Shown here in pieces: positions 59,501 to 64,000 of a stretch of 64,000 nucleotides of DNA. Source of the DNA: an uncultured Gemmataceae bacterium (GTDB lineage Bacteria > Planctomycetota > Planctomycetia > Gemmatales > Gemmataceae); the NCBI GenBank assembly GCA_963750165.1, contig CAVVPN010000003.1, forward strand, positions 2,400,001 through 2,464,000. Reading direction: 5' to 3'. The notes under the pieces were generated by a model. The model saw nothing but the letters and a program-made list of their open reading frames with translations, did no database searches and was not told where the DNA came from. Position numbers and translations under genes: made by a program. Numbering within the stretch: position 1 is the first letter of the stretch; each line of letters begins with the position of its first letter.

Positions 59501-62207
59501 CAACGAGTCCAACAACACCGAGACCTTCGTCTTTACCGTCAACCAGCCCCCTGCCATCACCAGCGCCAACAGCACCACATTCACCGTGGGCGCGGCGGGC
59601 AGCTTCATGGTGACGGCCACCGGCTTCCCGGCGCCAACCTTCAGCGAAACCGGCACGCTGCCGAGCGGCGTGACGTTCAACCAGACCACGGGCGTGCTCA
59701 GCGGCACGCCGGCGGCCGGCGGCGGCGGCACTTATCCCATCACCATCACGGCCAGCAACGGCGTCGGCAGCGACGCCACGCAGAACTTCACCCTGACGGT
59801 CAACCAGGCCCCGGCCGTGACCACGCCGCCGGTCAACCAGACCGTCACCGTCGGCAGCAGCGTCACCTTCACCGCGGCAGCCAGCGGCTTCCCGACCCCC
59901 ACGGCGCAGTGGCTCGTCAGCACCGACGGCGGCAACAACTACATGCCCCTCTCTGGCGCCACCTCCTCCACCCTGACCCTCAGCGGCGTCACCCTGGCCA
60001 TGAGCGGTTACTACTACGAGGTCACCTTCACCAACGCCGCCGGCAACATCACCTCCAGCCCCGCCCTGCTCACGGTCAACCCCATCACCACCAGCACGAC
60101 TCTCACGGACCTGGGTCCGAACCCGTCGCTGAACGCGGGCGTCACCATCCAGCCGGTCGCGTTCCTGGTCCACATCATGGCCGCCAACGGCGCCTCTCTC
60201 ACCGGCGACACCGTCTCCCTGCTGGACAACAACGTCGCCATCCCCGGCGCTACCGGCGCCCTGGACACCAACGGCAACGCCATTATCACTGTCTCGAACT
60301 TCGCCGTCGGCAGCCACCCCATTACCGCCAGCTTCGCCGCCCAGGGGAACTTCGCCCCCAGCACCTCCCAGCAGGTCATCCAGAACGTCGTCAGCACCTT
60401 CCAGGTGGACTCGGCCACGCTCTCGGGCAACGCCGTCCAGCTGGTCTTCGACGGGCCCATCGACCCCAGCACGACGCAGCTGTACTACAGCCCCGGCACC
60501 ACGGCGGTAGCGCCCGACGTTACCGTCACCGGCCCGAACGGCACCATCAAGGGCTCGCTGGTCCTCGACGCCACCAACCTCAACGTCGCCACCTTCGTCG
60601 CCACCGCCGGCGAGTTCCCCGCCGGCAGTTACACGGTCGCCGTCACCACCGCTGTCCAGGCGCTCGGCGGCGCCACCCTCACCGCCAACTACAGCCAGGC
60701 CCTCACCGCCGCCCCCGGCATCCCGGTGGTCACGGCCGCCAACGTCGCTCGCGGCCCCGGCGAAACTGTGAACGTGCCCAACACCAGCACCGGACTGCCC
60801 ATCACGGTCAGCGGCCTCACCACCGCCGTCCAGTCCATTTCCTTCATCCTCACCTATGACCCGACCCTCTTGACTGTGACGGCGGCCACCCTGTCGTCCG
60901 ACGCCGCTACCAATGGCAACCTCGTCCTCAACCCGATTGTCTTCACCAGCATCGACGCCCACCACATGCAGATCGCCTTCACCGTTGTTGGCGGCAGCGG
61001 TGGCGGCCACTGGAACCCCACCACCGGCACCGGCATGCTCTTGACCCTGACCGCCACCGTCCCCAGCAACGCTCCCTACACACAGAAAGCTCTGCTCAAC
61101 ACTCAGAACGTGGTCATCAACGGCACCACTGCTCAGGGCGACGACGCCGTCGATGTCAACGCCTATCCCGGCGACGTCCACGCCGACGGGCACTACACCG
61201 GCCTGGACGCCACGCTCATTTCCCGCGTCGTCACCGGCCAGGGCACCGGCTTCACTCCCTTCAAGGATCTCGATCCTTTCCTCATCGGCGGCGTCAGCGC
61301 CAGCTCCACCCTGGCCGTCAGCGGTCTGGACGCCACCGATGTCTCCCGCGCCGTCGTCGGCTCCTTCTCCGGCGTCATCCCCCAGCCGCCCTCCGGCGTC
61401 ACCATCACCGGCCCCACCGGCCCCGACCCGCGCCTCTACCTCGCCGCCGCCAGCGGCAGCGCCGGCCAGACGGTGGCCGTGCAGGAGCGGCTCGACGTGA
61501 CGGCGCCGTCGGGCGTCGAGGTGGACGCCATCGATTCAGTCATCGAGTACGACCCGAGCAAATTCACCGTCTCGAACATTCGCGTGGGCAGCCTGTTGCC
61601 GGGCTTCCTCGTGGTCAGCAACATCGACGCTGTGCAGGGCGTCATCCGCATCACCGAGTTCACCACCAGCCCGGTGCAGGCCGCCCACGGCACCGACGGC
61701 GCCGTGCTGCTCCTGGACTTCACCGTCAAGCCCGCCGCCGCGCCCGGCCGGTCGCCGCTGGTGCTCGCCGCCAACGACGGCGGCACCACCACGGCGGCGT
61801 ACAACGCCGCCGGCTCGCTGACGCTCAGCCCGGCGCCGCGGAACCCGAACCAGCTGCCGATCCGCGGCGGCAGCGTGGCGAACTTTGTCGCCGGCGTGGA
61901 CAGTTTCTTCACCATCCTCGGCCAGGGCGGCAGTGCCCCGCCGACCCCAACCGCGGCCCACGCTAACGGCCCGGCGCCGGTCCCGGGGCTGGGCGGCGCC
62001 GGCCGAGCGGACCAGCCGCCGGTCAACTTCCTGCCCGCGGCCACAGCGGCCGCCCCAACCGGATTGGTGGAATCCCTCGTGCCGCTCGGCGCCGCGGCCC
62101 TGCCCGTGGCCGACAGCGCTGCCGGCGCCGGCGGCGTTGATGAGTTCTGGCGGCGCTACGGCGCGACCACCGCGCCTGACCTGGTCGTTGCTCAGGGCGA
62201 CGGATGA
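56541..62207 (+). CDS. Secreted S53 (sedolisin/kumamolisin-like) peptidase with Ig, 3x CARDB, He_PIG and cohesin/dockerin-like domains
   Basis: LEPRIVP signal; EEALDVEW (Glu/Asp), AAAGDDG, GGTSFAAP (Ser), Ca site FHDI..GNNG...GYDLVTGLGTP; ESNESNN CARDB repeats. Confidence 0.9.
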   Translation: MLSTRWQRWIRWNARSTARVRSRQYRSRPVLIELEPRIVPTGLTPAQIQHIYGIDQIKLPGGVTANGQGQTIAIIDAGDFYNSVTGHARIFDDLHQFDTTYGIADPPNFLLLDQYGSTNYPGPVSGAYEEEALDVEWAHALAPAANLIMFEANSLSNADLYAAVYSAAHYNGALGQVSVVSMSFGEPENLDTEALYDNYFTTPSGHPGITFVAAAGDDGAGYQFRLNNDTGGIYPPEYPAVSPNVLGVGGTTLTFPSGDMSDYPGVATSSGGVGEEGWGNSYLSYYRSNTPGGGSGGGPSSYEPMPNYQYNYGLRYTNGLYNVRSAPDVAFNADFKDSPVSLYDSLDGGFLSNGGTSFAAPAWAALISLADQARVLNNAGTLDGPTQTLPDLYQLPSADFHDILVGNNGYAAGTGYDLVTGLGTPVASRVVGDLWGHPAPTANNDSYTTPYNTTLTVNAANGVLANDSDALGAALSVPSFSSPSHGSLSLNSDGSFIYLPNSGYFGTDSFTYTLASAGTGHTRQGTVTIQVQQPPLPDLAPNTPSGWSGPIVLSTVTGTHTSATSYTTADTLYLDWSFINQGTANITTAFQFKLLLDGNQVTTWSAGLPVNVGASTGIQDYNLGQLSAGSHTLSVVADSLNQITESDESNNTSTFVFTVNQPPAITSANNATFAVGVAGTFTVTATGYPAAFTFSETGTLPSGVTFNTSTGVLSGTPAAGTAGTYNLIITASNGVSPNASQNFTLTVINLPDLLPYTPTGWSGPVVVSTGPGTNTSATSFTTADTLYVDWSFANQGTAAITTSYQFELRLDGVQVYYWNGANPLNPNVYYYVQDATLGPLSAGSHTITINADYLNQVTESNESNNTATFVFTVNQALPDLAPYTPTGWSGPVVVSTGPGTNTSATSFTTADTLYVDWAFANQGTAAITTSYQFELRLDGVQVYYWNGANPLNPNVYYYVQDATLGPLSAGSHTITINADYLNQVTESNESNNTETFVFTVNQPPAITSANSTTFTVGAAGSFMVTATGFPAPTFSETGTLPSGVTFNQTTGVLSGTPAAGGGGTYPITITASNGVGSDATQNFTLTVNQAPAVTTPPVNQTVTVGSSVTFTAAASGFPTPTAQWLVSTDGGNNYMPLSGATSSTLTLSGVTLAMSGYYYEVTFTNAAGNITSSPALLTVNPITTSTTLTDLGPNPSLNAGVTIQPVAFLVHIMAANGASLTGDTVSLLDNNVAIPGATGALDTNGNAIITVSNFAVGSHPITASFAAQGNFAPSTSQQVIQNVVSTFQVDSATLSGNAVQLVFDGPIDPSTTQLYYSPGTTAVAPDVTVTGPNGTIKGSLVLDATNLNVATFVATAGEFPAGSYTVAVTTAVQALGGATLTANYSQALTAAPGIPVVTAANVARGPGETVNVPNTSTGLPITVSGLTTAVQSISFILTYDPTLLTVTAATLSSDAATNGNLVLNPIVFTSIDAHHMQIAFTVVGGSGGGHWNPTTGTGMLLTLTATVPSNAPYTQKALLNTQNVVINGTTAQGDDAVDVNAYPGDVHADGHYTGLDATLISRVVTGQGTGFTPFKDLDPFLIGGVSASSTLAVSGLDATDVSRAVVGSFSGVIPQPPSGVTITGPTGPDPRLYLAAASGSAGQTVAVQERLDVTAPSGVEVDAIDSVIEYDPSKFTVSNIRVGSLLPGFLVVSNIDAVQGVIRITEFTTSPVQAAHGTDGAVLLLDFTVKPAAAPGRSPLVLAANDGGTTTAAYNAAGSLTLSPAPRNPNQLPIRGGSVANFVAGVDSFFTILGQGGSAPPTPTAAHANGPAPVPGLGGAGRADQPPVNFLPAATAAAPTGLVESLVPLGAAALPVADSAAGAGGVDEFWRRYGATTAPDLVVAQGDG

Positions 62208-62224
62208 GGTTTAGCCGGGGCCGA

Positions 62225-62295
62225 CCAACAGTTGACCCCGTTTACGTTTCGCGCGGACTGAGCCTGCGCGAAACGTAAACGGGGTTTGCTGTTGG
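62225..62295. terminator. Long hairpin after the S53 gene
   Basis: accccgtttacgtttcgcgc / gcgcgaaacgtaaacggggt. Confidence 0.65.
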
Positions 62296-62691
62296 CGCGA
62301 CGGTGAGAAGCGGTTTGGGTTCTTCGGGGGCGAGGACTACTTCTCCGCCTGGGTCACGGAAGGCTCACGGGCTCGCGGCCGTCATGACGACGCTATCCAT
62401 CATCGGAACCACGAACCGCGGGGTTGTTCCAGGCCGATGATGGATAGCGTCGTCATGACGGCCATCGGCGAGCCTGAAACAGCCTTCCCTGAGACGGCCG
62501 GGATAGCAAACGCTCGGGCGACGCAACATCGCCCCTGATGCAGAGCATCCAGCTAGTTCTCCACCCCCGAAGAGGCCCAAACCTGTTCGCGTTGTAGCCA
62601 GAGCTGGCGCGACCGGCAAGACGACGCCGCGACATGCTTCGCCACCTCCAACTGGTAGCAGGAGAATGATTGATGCCATCAAAGAACGACC

Positions 62692-64000
62692 TCACTCCCG
62701 CGTAATCACCTCGTCGAGGTTCAGAATCAGGCTGGCCACGGTGGCATACGCCGCCAGTTCCGCCGCCTCAACGCCGGCCGGCCGCGGCGCCTCGCCGACC
62801 GCCAGCAGCTTTTCCACCGCCTGGGGCCGGGTGCGGAAGTGTTTTAACTGCCGCTCGAGTCCGGCCCGTAAAATCTTCAACTCCTGCGGCGTCGGCGCTC
62901 GCGCCGTCGCCAGCTTGAACCCGAGCGTCAGCCGTGCGTCCACGTCCTGGGCCTCCCGCAGCAGCCGCTGGGCCAGTACCCGCGCCGCCTCCACATAGGT
63001 CACGTCATTCATGAGGTTGAGCGCCTGCAGCGGCGTGTTGGTGCGGCTCTCGCGGACGACGCAGGTTTCGCGGGTGGCGGCGTCGAACGCCAGCATGCCC
63101 GGCGGCGCCACCGTCCGCTTCCAGTGCGTATACAGGCTGCGCCGATACAGGTTGGCGCCGTGGTCCTGCAAGTCCTCGTCCACGCCGGTCAGGTCCTTGA
63201 CGAGCCCCTTTGGCTGGTACGGTCGCACCGATGGGCCGCCGCGCTTCTCGACCAGCAGGCCGCTGACAAACAGCGCCTGGTCGCGGATCATTTCCGCCGA
63301 CAGCCGCTGCCGTGGGCCGCGCGCAGCAGGCGGTTGTCTGGGTCGCGCTCGCGCAGCGCCGGGCTGACCTTCGACGACTGCCGATACGTGGCGCTGGTGA
63401 CGATCAACCGGTGCAGCTTCTTCAGGTTCCACCCCCTCACCCCCGACCCCTCTCCCCCTGAAGGGGGCGAGGGGAGCATGAATTCCGTCGCCAACCAGTC
63501 GAGCAGTTCGGGGTGCGACGGCCAGGCGCCCTGTGCGCCGAAATCCTCGACGGTCTTGACGAGACCAGTGCCGAAGTGCAGTTGCCAGGCGCGGTTGACG
63601 GCGACGCGGGCGGTGAGCGGATGGTCGGGCCGCACCAGCCATTGAGCAAAGCCGAGGCGGTCGTTGCGGGCATGCAGCGGCAGCGGCGGCAGCGCCACGG
63701 GCAGGCCCGGCTGCACCCGCGGCCCCTTCTTGTCGTACTCACCGCGCAGCAGCACATGCGTGGCGCGCGGCGTCGGCATCTCCTGCATGACCATCGTAGT
63801 TGGGATGGCGTCCCAGAGTTGATCGCGTTCGCGCTCCAGCCGGCGCAGGTGTTCGTGGGCCCGCCGCACCGGCTCCGGGGCCGCGTGCAGCAGATAATAC
63901 AGGTCCAGCTTGCGTTGCTGGCCGACGGTGCGTTTCGCTGCCGGCCGCGCGGCCAGTTCGGACACCGGCTCCGGCGTCGCCAGCACCAGCGCCTCGTTCG
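62692..64000 (-). CDS. DUF1553 (PSD1) planctomycete protein, 5'-partial, frameshift near 63320
   Basis: [65 protein letters not shown]. Confidence 0.92.

Noticed and set aside
62365..62695. Short ORFs after DUF1553 as the start of DUF1501
   Set aside because: No convincing Tat motif or DUF1501 N-terminal motifs in the listed frames.

Overview
GC-rich bacterial DNA, very probably a planctomycete (Gemmataceae-like). Support for this: a DUF1553/PSD1-type gene, LEPR/LEDR planctomycete signal peptides, a PEP-CTERM gene and many REP-like palindromes. Order of content: (1) 1-5.9 kb, a phosphodiesterase/sulfotransferase/SulP cluster. (2) 6.4-18.5 kb, an integron-type cassette array with no intI in the window: putative Pc promoter and attI, 7 cassettes, attC sites bounded by GCCGAAC...GTTCGGC. 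Two attC sites are interrupted. One holds an IS110-family element whose left end has bridge-RNA-like guides matching its target and donor junctions. The other holds a ~6 kb integrative element (13-bp core CGCTGCACCTGAC) encoding a tyrosine recombinase and a rolling-circle HUH-type Rep; an IS3 interrupts the recombinase. This attC-inserted integrase+Rep element is the best candidate for an undescribed system. (3) 18.5-47 kb: a GltD/FNR-fusion oxidoreductase, apbE, hicBA, DUF4912, the F-type ATP synthase operon with an extra OB-fold lipoprotein between atpA and atpG, a PIN/HTH pair, DoxX + Gfo/Idh/MocA, dusB, a PEP-CTERM gene, lspA and an intradiol dioxygenase-like gene. (4) 47.9-64 kb: a disrupted giant repeat surface protein containing an ISL3-type MITE, tRNA-Sec, a multi-Ig S53 protease and a partial DUF1553 gene. 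Several single-base frameshifts, mostly in short G/C runs (e.g. atpA), look like sequencing indels. All family calls come from motifs recognised by eye; no database search was run.
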